Source: Yuukianura sp. NJ FZ-2021
Taxonomy: Eukaryota
Assembly (NCBI GenBank): GCA_046563655.1
Contig: CM102288.1
Location: 3,038,001 to 3,102,000, forward strand
Length of the DNA stretch: 64,000 nucleotides
Direction of reading: 5' to 3'
The notes below the pieces were generated by a model, which did not search any database, was not told the DNA's origin, and saw only the letters and a program-made list of their open reading frames with translations. Shown piece by piece: positions 25,650 to 39,100 of this stretch; positions within the stretch are counted from its first letter, which is position 1, and each line of letters begins with the position of its first letter. The position numbers were made by a program, and so were the translations under genes.

Positions 25650-26119
25650 GTTCTAGTAAATTTCAATTTGTTCACGCTTTCTTCAATTATTCCAATTGTA
25701 TCTCGGCGGACAAGAATGATTGATTTAATCGATTAAAGCAAAGACGTCGATGACGATGGACTCGCTGTCTGTCGTCTCCTTTGTGTCTATCAGCTGCGCT
25801 GATAAGAAATACCAGTCAGCACCTCTTGCTAGCGTCAGCTGACACAGCTACCCGTTATTCAAGTGAGGCCCGCAGTCAACGGTACTTACTCATTTTACTC
25901 TTTGTGTGGGACTGGATTATTTTTGGGGGTGTCTAAAACTGGGACCCGCACATTAGCGAAATAGGGAATGAAGAGTAAATGTAAACTCTCAGGTGAATGA
26001 GTAACATTTCAGCAAGGCGAACTTCGTTAGATTTCCGTGTCTGGGGAGTTAATATCTGAGACGTTTGGACAAAAAATCATAAAAGGTGAATTCCTGTTGA
26101 ACTGTTAGACATGATTGAA

Positions 26120-26290
26120 TTGCTAAAAATTCAACTGAAGTATAACTTTTGGACGTACTAGATTTGCTAAAAAATAAACTAAAGAACAACTTTTGGACGT
26201 GGTTGATTAGATGAAAATTCAACTGAAATCTAACTTTGAGACGTGGCTGATTTGATGAAAATTCAACTGAAATCCAACTTTTGAACGTAC
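26120..26290. repeat. Degenerate minisatellite, about four copies of a ~43-44 bp unit
   Basis: Recurring AAATTCAACTGAA...AACTTT(T/G)GACGT...GATT units in the PRPSAP-CLCC1 intergenic region. Confidence 0.75.
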
Positions 26291-26822
26291 ATAGTTGCAG
26301 TTGATTTGATGACAAGACAATTAACCTTCTGAACATTTTAAGTCGTCCTAGGTTTAGTCACCCCCCAGCATGCCGCGAATTTTTTGTTTACATTTTAAAA
26401 TTTATTAAGTTTACGTGGACAGATGAGATGACTCATTGTTTGGGTTTGTGCTGGTTTGAAAAAAATTAACTTATCTTCTTCAGAGGTTATTTTATTAGTC
26501 ACTGCTCACCGAAGCGTTCTAGGTCTAATAAGTAGCGTCATGTTTTTTTAAATACAAATCGGAATTACATCCTCCAATCCCAATGTGTTGAAGAAATTGG
26601 CTCTGGAACTGGAACGAAACAACGGAAGTGGTACATGAATTTAATTAATTTATTTTTATTTTTTTTTTAAATTGACTTCTTTCTTCTTTTTTTTTTACCG
26701 AAAACACTGTTCATTTTTCAGGATGGTTTTCCTTGTCTGTGCTGCTTCGGAAGATACAAAGATGCATCGACAGTGATGCTTAGACGTTTTAGTGCTGCAA
26801 AAGAAGATCACTAAAAGACAAA

Positions 26823-28809
26823 ATGAAATTCAACTATCTCAGTTCAGTGATAATTATATCTTTTTTAATATGCTGCATACATTTTCAAAGTTCAGATTGC
26901 AGACTGGATAATGATGACTGCGAGGATGACGACGTGGACCCCCATGACATGGGATCTTACTCACACACTTCGAAATGCAATCGATCACCTCCATCGGGGG
27001 CTAGGAGAGGCAGTTATCGCCGATCTGGAAATGCTTACCACGAGAGAGAAGTAGAGGAGGTCGTTGTCAAAAGAGCTGTGTATCTTAGCACTGGTCATCC
27101 GCAAATCAGTCCTGACAAGTTGCATCACCATAGACATCCACCCGAGAGGTTGCTCGACTTTGAAAACAGCAGACACAATGAGGACAGTGCATTCACTGCC
27201 AAGCTAAAGCACGACGACAGACAAGAGCAGTATCGCGGTGTCGGAGGAATGCCGATAGTTGAGTTCACTGAGGAAACGACGAAATACAGTCGACATGAAT
27301 GTGTTTGTCCCACCATTGACCAAGCACCACTCATGACTTATATTCGAAGAATAGTTGGATCCCTCATGGATCAAATGGGAGTTCATGTAAGTTGTTAATT
27401 ACTAAATTACAAATCAAAATACTAACTAAACTAATGTTTATTTCAGAATCATCACTTTGGCCCTGATGAAACAATTACAATCGACCTACAAGGAGAGATT
27501 TCTTACAAATCGTATATGGATTTAACTCTGTTTTTGTCCTCTACTGAAACCGATGTGGAGAAATCACTTACGATGATTCAAACTGTGTCCGAAATCATGT
27601 CTAACTTGATACACCCGAACTCACCAGTGGAGACGTTGACATTTTCGTATGAAACGATTCAGTTCAAATATCCGTTTCTCTTAACTCCAAAGGTGAAACT
27701 TCATTTTTCGAAATCTCCTTTGCAAAAGAACATGATAAACTCATCCTTACATTCTTTTTTTGCAGTTCTGGCTAGCCGCGTTTTCAGTTGGCTTGTTGGG
27801 ATTCACCATTCTGGTTTTGTGCTGTTTGATTCTCTATGCTCGGCACTCTCCTACAAAACTACTGACGTACTCCTCCATGTTGTTTTTTGTGGCTTCCTGT
27901 GTCTGGATTTATTTTGAAAATTACGAAAAAGCAATTGCCGAGAACGCATCACGTTTACAACAGTTTGACTCTATGCCGCGGGACTGTCAACCCCACACTT
28001 TTTCATATTGGGAACTCTTCACATATTTTGTTCGAGTTGACATAATGGGATGTACGTAAAATATTATTTAAAGTTAAAATTAATGTTAACCTTATGATTA
28101 GTAATCACTTTTTTCTGCACCAGATGAGAACCAATGTGATCAATACTATCGAGAGAGCTCCGTTGATCCCTTCTATCGCTACACACCAGTAGAGGCTATT
28201 TCAGAAGCCGCAGCTCGGTTCATTTTTCATCCTATGGGATACATTGGTTCGAAAACAGGAGATTTCTTCAAAGAATTCTCCAATGTCTTCCCTTGGTGGA
28301 TGCGGCCTGTCGTTTTGATTCTTGTATTCCTGACGGTCTTCTTCAGCCTGTTCCCCTACAAAATCAAAACGCCGTTCCTATCAATCGAACCAGCCTACCG
28401 CCCGGCGGAACCAATTCAGCCTCCACCACCACCGCTCCAGCCCCAACTCCAGGATGGTCCACAAGCGGAACCCCGCCCTCAAATTATCGATGTACCGAAT
28501 ATGATCGTACCTCTGCATACATTAGATGCTGCCACGGATACAGATGACCTTGAAGATTTTATACGACAACAACAAGCTGGAAATGACGAAGTACCTGTTC
28601 AACCCCCTCCGCCACCAATCGTCTCGTCTCCGTCAAGAGCTCAGCATCTCTGGAGACTGTTGCTTCCGCGATTTCAAGAATTCTGTGATGTTTGCTCCAG
28701 GATATTAAAATTTCTTCTGTGTTTACTTCGAGAGATACCGACAATACCACAAGAAGGTGTCGCTAATCGTGTCCCACATCCCAATAATGCTCCAGAAAAT
28801 TACCACTGA
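26823..28809 (+). CDS. CLCC1: Chloride channel CLIC-like protein 1 (CLCC1/MCLC family)
   Basis: Signal peptide, VDPHDM motif, two TM segments, then YEKAIAE...C...W...NQCDQYYRESSVDPFYRYTPVEAISEAAARFIFHPMGYIGSKTGDFF...P..PV and a third TM, matching the CLCC1 conserved core. Confidence 0.8.
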
Positions 28810-29154
28810 TTTGTTATAGTTAATTGATACTTGCCCAGTATTGGTGAAGGGAGCTTACTGTGTTGCTTGGCGTGTGTGTGGATTGTCTAGTGCAACCGCC
28901 ACAACCTTCAACAGCTGATTCCCATGTTATGGATTCGGTCTTGTCTATTTCTTTCTCTTTTGACTTGTATTTTTAATTTGAAGTAGTTAATTAAGTTGAT
29001 TAGTTGCTGGTTGCTGTTACATTAACCGGTACTTACTGAAAAAGGTGTTACTCATACGGGCACTGGCACTACTTGCTGACTGGGTTGTTAATTCTTAGAA
29101 TACTGGACAAGTATTACTTACTTCTACTTTGGTCTTCGGCTTATCCGGTTCAAA

Positions 29155-29928
29155 ATGGTATGAAACTGAAAGCATTTCACTCATTCACTTCGATTAATGG
29201 ACTTTTACGATTAGTTTTCTTGCTTTCGCTGTTGCCGTTTCACCATTGAGTCAACGCTTTACATTTTAAACGTTAATTAATTACTTAGGGAGTAAGGCTG
29301 TAAATGGTTAATAGAATTTATGTGACTTTGAATTATAATCATGTTATGTTTTAATTAATGCATTCTTCGTTGGTTCTTTTCAGTTGTTCTTTTCCTTGTT
29401 CAAATCCCTCATCAATGAACAAGTTATTGTGGAACTCAAGAGTGATTTGGTGTAAGAATAAACATCTCAACATCATTTCGTACGGTGTAACAGTGGTACA
29501 TTTTTTACAATTAATCATTTTTAAATTGTAGGATTCAGGGGACGATTCATTCTGTAGATCAGTTTCTCAACATTTACCTGACCAACGTCAAAGTCGACGA
29601 GGCTAACGTCCAAGCTGTTCCAAGTTTGGTAAGGAAATGCTTCTATTCACGATTCGCAAATACTTTGGGATTTGGGAAGCATTAACCCATGAATGCAATT
29701 AACCCATGAAACCCATTTGTTTTCTAGACTCTCTTGGATACTTGCTTCATCCGTGGATCTATGGTTCGTTATGTGCAAATCTCTCCGGAAGCAGTGGACT
29801 TGAAGCTCCTTCGGAATGCTACTCGGTTGGAAGCTAAGATGGTAGTTGAAGAAACTTCCACTGATTCATCAGCAGAAGAATCAGCCGAATCAGACTTAGA
29901 TTCTCCTCCGGAACCCATCCCAGCGTAA
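29155..29928 (+). CDS. LSM2: U6 snRNA-associated Sm-like protein LSm2-like, divergent, with acidic C-terminal tail
   Basis: Probable ATG-only first exon (ATG|gtatga at 29155), then LFFSLFKSLINEQVIVELKSDL / IQGTIHSVDQFLNI / CFIRGSMVRYVQ...VDLKLLRNATRLEA; exons from 29384, ~29533, ~29729. Confidence 0.85.
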
Positions 29929-30616
29929 AGAAGATGTCTCTCTGCTTAATTAACTGACTTAATTAATTTAACTTTGTTAGATTTTGTATTAACTGTTGTC
30001 TCTGATGTTTCCAACTTGAAGTGTCCAGAAGGTATACATACGCTCAGGTACATGCTGTAAAGACTTTAGTTTTTGTTATGGAGGGAGGATACTGCTAATC
30101 ATTCCTTAGATGTTGCCGAATTAAAGACACTCCAACCAATTAGATTAATCGATTAATCATCATCAGTTTAATACTATTTTGTTTATTTCTTTCGACAGTA
30201 GTATTCTGTTTAAGCGTCTTTCTCTTCAATTTGTTCTAAAGTTGATCTAAAAACTCACGTCTATACGTTTTTGTTTTTCCTATACAACTTTTTTTGGTAA
30301 TTAGAATCAAAATCTAAACTAAATAAATCTAAATCATAGAAATGTAAATGCGATCCACACCGCAGCAGTATCGTGAACAGTATTATGCTTAAACAGCATC
30401 AATCAGCTGAGACCTTAACTTTGAAAAGAGGAAGCTTGAACAAGGAGTGATTTTGAGTAATGATTTCTAAAATAAGGATTCTCTCCAGTCCAAGGCAAAT
30501 CTTCATCCAAGTATTCCGAAGTATCGAACTTCGTCACAACATCATCGTCAAAGCTGCATCTTCCTCAAGTTGTCAACACTGGCAAGTATTGGCAGCATCC
30601 GGAGCTGTGAAGGAGG

Positions 30617-33600
30617 TCAAAGGTGAGCCAGGATCTGGACTTGATTGTTGCTATTTGTTGTACTTTGGAGAGGATGCTGCTGCTGTTGCTGTTGTTGGTC
30701 CCAGACTAAACTGTTTTGACTCCCCGACACCGTGACGATGACGGAATCTCTTCCAATGACTTGACTCGAGTCAGTCGTTTGAACAATTCGAACTAAGTTG
30801 CCGTCTTTACACTTGTTCCCAGTCTCCTCTCCTTCAAGTCCCCCCACAGAGAGCTCCGTTCTATGTTTCTCTGAATCTTGGAGTTCATCTAAGGGATGTC
30901 TGGACTCCTTGGCTGCTCTGTCCTCCTCTGACTCCTCAAGTTCCCTCTCCATGGCCCACCGTTCACCCATCTCCATTTCAACATTCACTTCCATGACAGT
31001 GACAACTGGAGAGAGGTCACCACTTCCCAGATCTTCTGACCCCATCACTTCCCGACTCCCTGGAGAGTCTCTTCTCCTGTCTCTTGGTCCCACATGTTCC
31101 CTGCCTTCGTCAGTTCCAGCCGCAAAGTCTGAGCAACCTATTCGACTTCCATAACTTGGCGGTCGGCTCAACTCCACTTCCGTTCGCGAAATTGTCGCCG
31201 GCCTGTAACAAAAAACAACAAACTTTCGTTTTCAAAATTTGCAAAAACTGGTTGAAATAAGGTTTAGGCTGAGTAATTGTACCCGCAGCCGCCAAATTCA
31301 AAAATCCAAACCAAATTGAGTTTTGTTTACCTCATGAGTCCATTGTTATATGGTCGATATGGCGGAGGTGGTTGTGGAAGAGCCGCTGACACGTCTCTCA
31401 GATGTGTCACATGCGGAATGTTTGGATTTGATCTCTCCAATAGTAAAAGTCTTAGTCGATACTCTTGCATCGACGCTTGGTACGATGGAGGCGGAGGTCT
31501 ATACTGGAAATCCGGATAAAGCATTGCTAAAAACCACAAAAACATATGAAATTTTCGAAGTTTCTCCCAAATTTTTGTAAATTTTGCAAAAAAAAAATAA
31601 ATAAATAAAAATAAAACTTACCTGCATAAGGATGATGTGGTCTACCATAACTAGGTGGCAGTCTGGGTACAAAGACTCTGTTTGGCTCACTTCCGCCGTC
31701 TCCTCTGGACATTCCAGCTCGTCCAAATCCCAACATGGCACGACACGACGATGATCCGCTCTCATTGGCCGTCAGCCTCCACGCTACTGCCGAAACTGTT
31801 AGCAGCACTACCCCAACCCCTGAAATCACAACTACACAAAATTAACAAAATCACAACTTTCCAACTCTTTTGCCAAGGTCAAATTGATCTTAACCGACCT
31901 ATCATGAGCAGAGCCAAGGTCAAATGCTGACTTCCAGCAGAACGGGCTGCTCCGAGCGCCGTGCCTGCCACGGTGCAACAAATCCCTATCGCTGCAATGA
32001 CCACTATGAACCAGCGGATTGACACGGCCTGCGTCGTCTGCAATTCAAACAAAACATGGTTCATTTGACCTTGTACATAACACGTTTTGTACAGTATTGC
32101 TCAAAAGTATTTAATTAATGTTGTTACACTTACCGACATTCCGCAACATGACTTTGGCTCTTCCTCTGACGCATATGGAATCCCACGCAACGATCGGAAG
32201 GACCTAAAGTATCAAAAAAAATCAGGCATAACAAAGTATCCACCACGAACTTTCCATTTTAACTTAAAAACACTCTCAAAATGTCGAAATTTGACCAAAA
32301 ATCGAAAAGTCAACAACCTTGTGTCCACCCAGTTTGAAAAACATAACAATTCCTTCATCTTCTTTATCCTAAAAATATAACCTAACTTTTCATTCAAGCT
32401 TAAGGGGACATAGGACCCTTAAAAATTGAAAAGATCAACATCCTTGTTTAGCTTATTTTTTTCCATTTTCAAAATTTCAATTTCAGGATGTTACTTTTGA
32501 AAATTCTGAACAAGTTGGGCCATGCAGCCTCCCAAACAGCTAAGCATCCCCATGAATAAAATTTAGTTCCTAAGGGCTCCCTTCACCAAACTTCAAAGAT
32601 TCTATTCACTTCTGCGTCCAGAAAGGACCGGACGAGCGGACTTATTTTAAGAATCTTGAGAGTTGAACCATGAAGGGGACCCCTTAAACCACGACAAAGA
32701 CGCACCCTTAGACATTTTATATTTTAAAAGGAGGGTGAATTTGAGAACCCAGAACATCTTCTTTGTGTTAGAGGTCAAAAGAATAAGGGAAGAAACAAGG
32801 TCAGGAATACAAGTGAGTCTTCCCATCTTTAAAAGAAGGAAGAAAAAATCTCTTTTCTCGCAGGATGAGAAAGAAACGGGTTCTTCTTCCCAGCTTCATC
32901 TTCTCTTTTCTGCATCTCTCAAAATTTAACACAAGAAGGGGAGTGAAGCTAAGCAAAAGCACAGCAAAAAGCAAATGCTTCCTTACAACTTACAAACCAT
33001 TTGACCATGAACACAAAAATCTTTTTCTGCCCCTTTGAGTAGTCTTTCTTTTGCTTTTTTCTGCTTCTCATTCTTCATCTTCCGAAAAAAGGAGGCAGGG
33101 AGAAGATGAGATTGGAAGAAGATGAGGAATTAAGAAATCGGAGCCCTTAAGGCTCCTTTTTTTTTGTCCAAGTACCTTATAACTTTGAGGAGACCTAAAA
33201 ACATAAGCTATCCAGATCCAGTTACATATTCGTCTTGAAGTAAAGCATAAGTGTTAGTCATAGGCGGCTAATCATAAAATACCATAACGTTTTCAAGTGA
33301 TTTACTCCATACGCAACCCATTATCATCCTCCCTCATCCGCATAAGAGTTTCAAAATTCAAAGAAAATTTTTTTTCAACTTGTCAGTTCTATTTCGTAGT
33401 CTTTTTCACACGCATAAGGCATAACTAAATCAAATCAGAAAAAAAAACTCATTTTTTACACAATTTTCCATTGACTCATCTCCCAAATATTCTTTTTAGA
33501 AATTGAATAAAATTTGGGTGATTTCAAATTGAAGTCAACCAAAATCTGAAACGATTCCCTCTTGAGAATACCTAATTTGGAAATTTGTGAAGGCAGTCAA

Positions 33601-36112
33601 TTAATTGTGTCAAAAGAGACGAAAAAAAGGTGAAACTTTTCACTTTTCCCAAACCAATTTTCAGTTTCTTAAAAAAATTTCAAATTAGTACTTTAAAATT
33701 ATACTAAAAAGTGAAACAACACAAAGGCAAACCACAAATCTCATCATTTTGATCACTAAAAAGTAAAAGCCCTCTCCCTCATGACCTAACCTCACACAAA
33801 AAATTATTTAACAAGATTTCCAAAACTGACATTCTGATCTTCCTAAACGTCAACCAATAAAAGTTTTTACAAACCAAAGCTCATAAACGGCGTGCTACAT
33901 TGTATTTTTTAACTGGAATCGAAAATATACCAAATCAAATCTCCAACTTTTTAGCACAAAAATTTTAAAAATCAACTTGTTTGTAAAAACAAAAGTCAAT
34001 TTGATTCCAAATTCAGAAAATTCGTAATTTTCTTCCAATTCAGCCTGAATGTTCAACCCCAAATTTTGCTTAGCATATGGAAGGAAGTACATAAGTACCT
34101 TATTTTGTGGACAATGAAAATCGACAAAACCTTATTCGAATTTCAAAATCTGTTTGTCACTGTACCTGAACCAACAATAAGTTTTGAAAACGAGCGGAAC
34201 CAAATTTTTCATCTGGATATTTTGGAGATGAAACTAAGAACAGAGATTGAAATGCTGTGGTGCGTGTGTCTCTTGTGAGAGACTTTGCAGGTGACATGAC
34301 AGACGAAGTAGTGCTCAAAGAGGTTTGGATTTGGACATGGACAGAAAGCGGAAAAGGCAGATGTGACATTGCACGCTCCCTACTTTCATATTTACTGTGT
34401 TCTAAAAATGGTTTTCAAAACCAAAAAAGTTGAGAAAAAATTTCTGGTGGTTGAACTCGATCGTGTTTGTTGTAAAAACGTCCTTAGGAAAAACCAAGAA
34501 AAACTAGAACACAGAAAAAACAAAAAAGAAACTGAAAATCATTTCCATTTTCAGAATTCTAAAACGTGTTTTCAAAAAGTTCCAAGAATTTCAGAAGCTG
34601 AACCAACTTTGTTGCAATTTTCAAGTTTTTCGAAACTTTATAGTCTAGACTAAAAAAAAAGACTCAATGTAAAACTTTCTCCATTTTTATACTAATTAGC
34701 ATTTAGTTTCTAAATTAGTGACTTTTTTATGCATACCACAACCACTAAATTAGAGACTATAATTTCAGTCTATAATTTTATGACTATAATTTCAGTTTAT
34801 AATTTTTATAAACTATAATTTTAGTCTATAATTGAAGTACAATTAACAATTAAAAGACAAAGACTTACCTTCGCGTGTGTCTCGTTACGGACGTAGGTGG
34901 ATGTGGGTCTGGTGGCGAAAAGTGATATCTGAGGGGCTGTGGGTGGGGCGGAGGAGAAATGCAGGTTGGTGGGACACTCCTTTCACGCCGTTCTCCCGCC
35001 GTGATTGATTCGGTACACTGCGGCGGTGGCAACGGTTGGCCCACAACAAATGGCACAGTTCCGGTGGAAGTTGGTGGAGATGAGCACGGCGGATGTCCAT
35101 GTCTCCGTCCACTGACTTCAGATGAAGGTAGAGTAGAATACGGTGGTGGAGGTAGATTCAGTAAATCTGGCAGTCCTAGACTGGTCCCACCGGCGCCACT
35201 ACTCGGTGGGGCATCTGTTGGTGGGTCATCTGTTGTCAGTGCTGCTCCACCGAGTCGTTCCGACCGTTCCCGAAGCCTGCGTTCTCTCCTCTCCCGCTTT
35301 CTCAGTTCTCTGTTCCTGGTGGGTGCTGGGGGTGGAGCATCTTCAGTCTGTGCCTCTGTCGAGATGAGTGTTCTGGCAGTAGTTTCTACTGGAGGTGCTG
35401 GAAATATTGGTGAAATGGCTGCTTCTCGGACTGAAATCGGTGCTGCTACTGGCGGAGATGGTACTGGCAGTGTGACACTGTTTCGACCCCACCGTGACTG
35501 AGATTTGTGGTGCTGCTGACTTCCAGACGGAGTAGGGACTGCTGATACTGGAATGGTTGTGACCCCAGGGGGTTGACCTCCTGCGTCTACTCGTATCTGT
35601 GTAGCATTTGAATGTTGGTTGGGCATTAGTGACCTTGGGACATGAGGCAGACCATATTTGTGGAAAGGAGGATGTTGCTGTTGTTGTACTTGCTCACGAT
35701 CAGATCCATCCAACTGAATAAAGACTCCGCTGAGACTCAGTTGTTGATTTTTTGAGTTTCCTTGATGATACGAGTCAGTGGTTAGGTTGGCAGTATTAGT
35801 GGGAGAACAGTATTGAGAAATGAGGACAGGCGTTGGAGTTTGGTTGTTGTTGGGTGTAATACTGCCAGTATGGCCTCTCCGTCCTCTCGTCATTCTCATC
35901 GGTGGTGGGGTTGAATGTAAACTGCCGTTATTAGTACTCGACTCTTGTACTGATCCTGCAGAAGGAGTAGTTGCCTGTGATGTTGTGACGATTCTGAAGT
36001 TGGTTTCTGGACCACTTGATCTCTTGCCAACTGGGGATGGGGAACTCATAAAGTCACTCCATTCCCTCTCACCGTCAACCTCCATCGTTCCTGTCCCAAG
36101 GTCAATTCCCAT
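30617..36112 (-). CDS. Uncharacterised membrane protein with two adjacent TM helices and multiple PPxY motifs
   Basis: Exons ~36112-34869, ~32203-32134, ~32038-31899, ~31830-31622, ~31525-31331, ~31203-30617. Hairpin TM pair (IRWFIVVIAAIGICCTVAGTALG; LTLALLMIGVGVVLLTVSAVAW), YPDFQYRPPPPSYQASMQEYRLRLLLLER, C-terminal VQILAHL*. Start codon uncertain. Confidence 0.75.
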
Positions 36113-39100
36113 GGAATGACGATGTGACCTTGAGGCAAGAACGTCTTCTTGGACAAGTGACCTTGGCTACCTTGAGACTCTTCTGGAATTACAACATGAG
36201 AGAAAACTAAGCACACACAATCACCATACACTGCCCAATTGGGTAATTGTAAAGAGTCAGTTGCAATTAGAATCCTCTTCACGTCCACGCACGCTCTCCA
36301 CAGTTCCCACACTCATTGAAATTAATTATTCACGGGGCAAGGTAAAAAACATTCCAGAAATTGGGCTTGTTCTGGTTCCAGGAAGTCCATTTCGCAGCGC
36401 TTTCACAAAACTGCTTTTTTCTAATTCATTTTTTCCAGTGGTTTTCTTCCGTCAGTTGATGATGATGACATGAATGGTTGCAGAGTAGAAGGAGATTCAT
36501 GGGCACTTTGTGTCACTTCAGAGATTCATAAACATCAACACTGCAAAAATCAAAACGAAATCAATCATAATCCTTCCCACTTGACATTCGACACTCTTTT
36601 TGCCAATAGACTTAAAAACTATACCAGAACCAGAATTGTAGTACCAGTACCAGTATCATGCCAGAACCAGAATTAGTTATACCAGAACCAGAATTGGACT
36701 TTCAATTAACTCTTGCTGAAAATGGAACAGACAAGGGGTGAAGTTTAGTAAAAGTTCCAGTAATTACACTCAAGGTTAGTCAGAAAACTAAAAAAATTGA
36801 AATTACAGTGCAATTCTCTGCCTGACTGCACAAGATCTGAAGATCCAATCATCATTTAGAGAAACTCAAATTGAAATTATGATTTTACTTTTAAAAGAAA
36901 AGTAGGCTCACTGAAACTTAAATTTCAAATGCAGAACTTGTCCCTGAAAACTCCGATTTCCGTTTGAACATGGTGACTAAACCTGAGGAGAAAGATTGGT
37001 TATGTTTCATCCCTTTGAAAAATCGATTCAACGATCAGTAAACCTTAGGGGAAGGCATAGTAAGGTAGACTTTACTCCCTTTTGCCTCCAAGACGAAACA
37101 AAACGTTAGCTGTGCAAAAGTTGCTGAAATAATCGATTTTTGAACAAAGGTTTCTTGGAGATATACCAAATAACGTCAAGCCTCAGGGACACTTTGGTAC
37201 AACTTTAGAAATGAGTTGGACTTTTTGACTAAAAGGTTCCTCTCTCTTCTAAAGTTTTCACATTTACGTTGTAACTTTGAAAACTGCACAACATTTGAGA
37301 GTGTTTGACCTGGAGAGCGAATCCGGCAGTACTTTGGTGCTGGTTCTGATAAAAATGACTTTTTAGAACAAACAACAAAGGGATGCATGCAGATGAGTCC
37401 CACTGAAGAGTAGAGTAGGGTAGGAATAATTACTTAAAACTCAACCTTGTACGTACCCATTTGTCGGTGTGAAGATGATTTTAGTACTTTTAGCTAGTAG
37501 ATTTTAGTAGATTTAGCATCACTGACTCATGGCAATGTTCGACACTTCACAAAAGCGTTTCCAGTGCTCACTTTGATGCCCATCCTGACCGTATTTTGAC
37601 ATGTTTAGTTTCGTGTTTAAACTTAAACACAGTGTTTGTAGTTTATGTGACAAATCTTGTGCTTCCTCCCCGTGTCTGCACTGAACTGAAATGAAGAAAG
37701 GACCAGCTTTAGGGGAGAAGTCTAAAGAATGGTGTCTAATGGATGTGGAGATGGCAGAATCGAGACTTGCCTTGCGTTAGTTCAGTAGGGGATTGCGATG
37801 TGATGCGATTGCGATGTCCCTCTTCATTCCCCGCTGTTGGCTGTATTTTGTACTTGTTATACACGCTCTTATAGCGACTTGCAACCAAGTAGTAGTGACT
37901 TGGGAAGTTTAGAATGTAGCGTAGCCATATCTGCCAGCATTAAACTCCTTATGGCCCGAAGCAGGAAGGAAGAAATGGAATCTCTATGACTCGGATTTTC
38001 TGTACTCCTCTGTAAAAGGTTTATAGGATAGCTCTACAAAAGAGAAAGAAACAATTAATCAAATGCACAGCTCCTCTTTAATTGATCAACATTCGGCTAT
38101 ACAAGCCGTCAGGTATACTACGCAAGTTTAACGATTACGACGGTACGAAAGTTTGTAAAAGAGTGACTTACGTATTCTCGATTACCTTTTTTTACCATGT
38201 GTGTACAAGTCCATGGATTAATAAGTAATCGCCATGCTGGAATTGAAAACCCATGATAATTTGCTAATCCAAATATTGGATGTTAGTAAGGAAGGCCCCA
38301 GTTTCCGTCTTCGAACTTTCGTAACAATAAATCGATTGATGGCTATCGCTTTTCAAAGGTCAACACTTACGTTTTTCCAGAAATCCAAATCCAGTAATCG
38401 TATTCGTAATCGTCTGCCTTTCTTAAAAACACAATTAATAATTATTGTGTTTGCATTTGATTGATTGAACAACATAAACAGCTGATGCAAAATTAAAACG
38501 ACATGTTCGCGTATTGACGAAAATTGAACCAATCAGAAACAACAATACAAAAGGTAAACAAAAATGGCCGCCTTCTTTTTGACAAAAAACATCAGGGGCA
38601 CATTGAGACTACACAAAAAATTTTTTAGAACAATAGCAAAAAAAAAATACACAGTACTTATTTTCCCCGCAAATTGTAAAACTAATTCATTTTTTTTTAT
38701 TAAGTAACAACAGTTTCAGTTGATTCGTTGTATTAATTTTTCAATGTTAATCAAACAACTTTACAAATTTCCTGAATGAAGAATGACGAGAATTCACAGG
38801 AGGTCAAAGTTTATTTCAAAAGAATTTACTACAAAATTTTTGTCAACGGTGTTAAATTATGACTTTTTTGTCCCCTATTTTCCAAGGCGTCACTCAAATT
38901 CATTAAGCATTCAACCAACACATTACGAATGTAATTTTCCAAAACCCAAAACGTTTTGGTTGTAAAATGCTGAATACTGATGTTGCTGATGAATGCTGAT
39001 GCTGGATGCTGATGAATGGTAAGGTGATATTTAAAAACGAGATAAAGTTAAGAAGGTGATGAAGGTTAACTAGGGTACAAGAAGTTCAGAAAAGATCATT

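Noticed and set aside
34959..35501. 180-aa plus-strand Gly-rich ORF
   Set aside because: Antisense shadow of the Pro/Ser/Thr-rich exon of the PY-motif gene.
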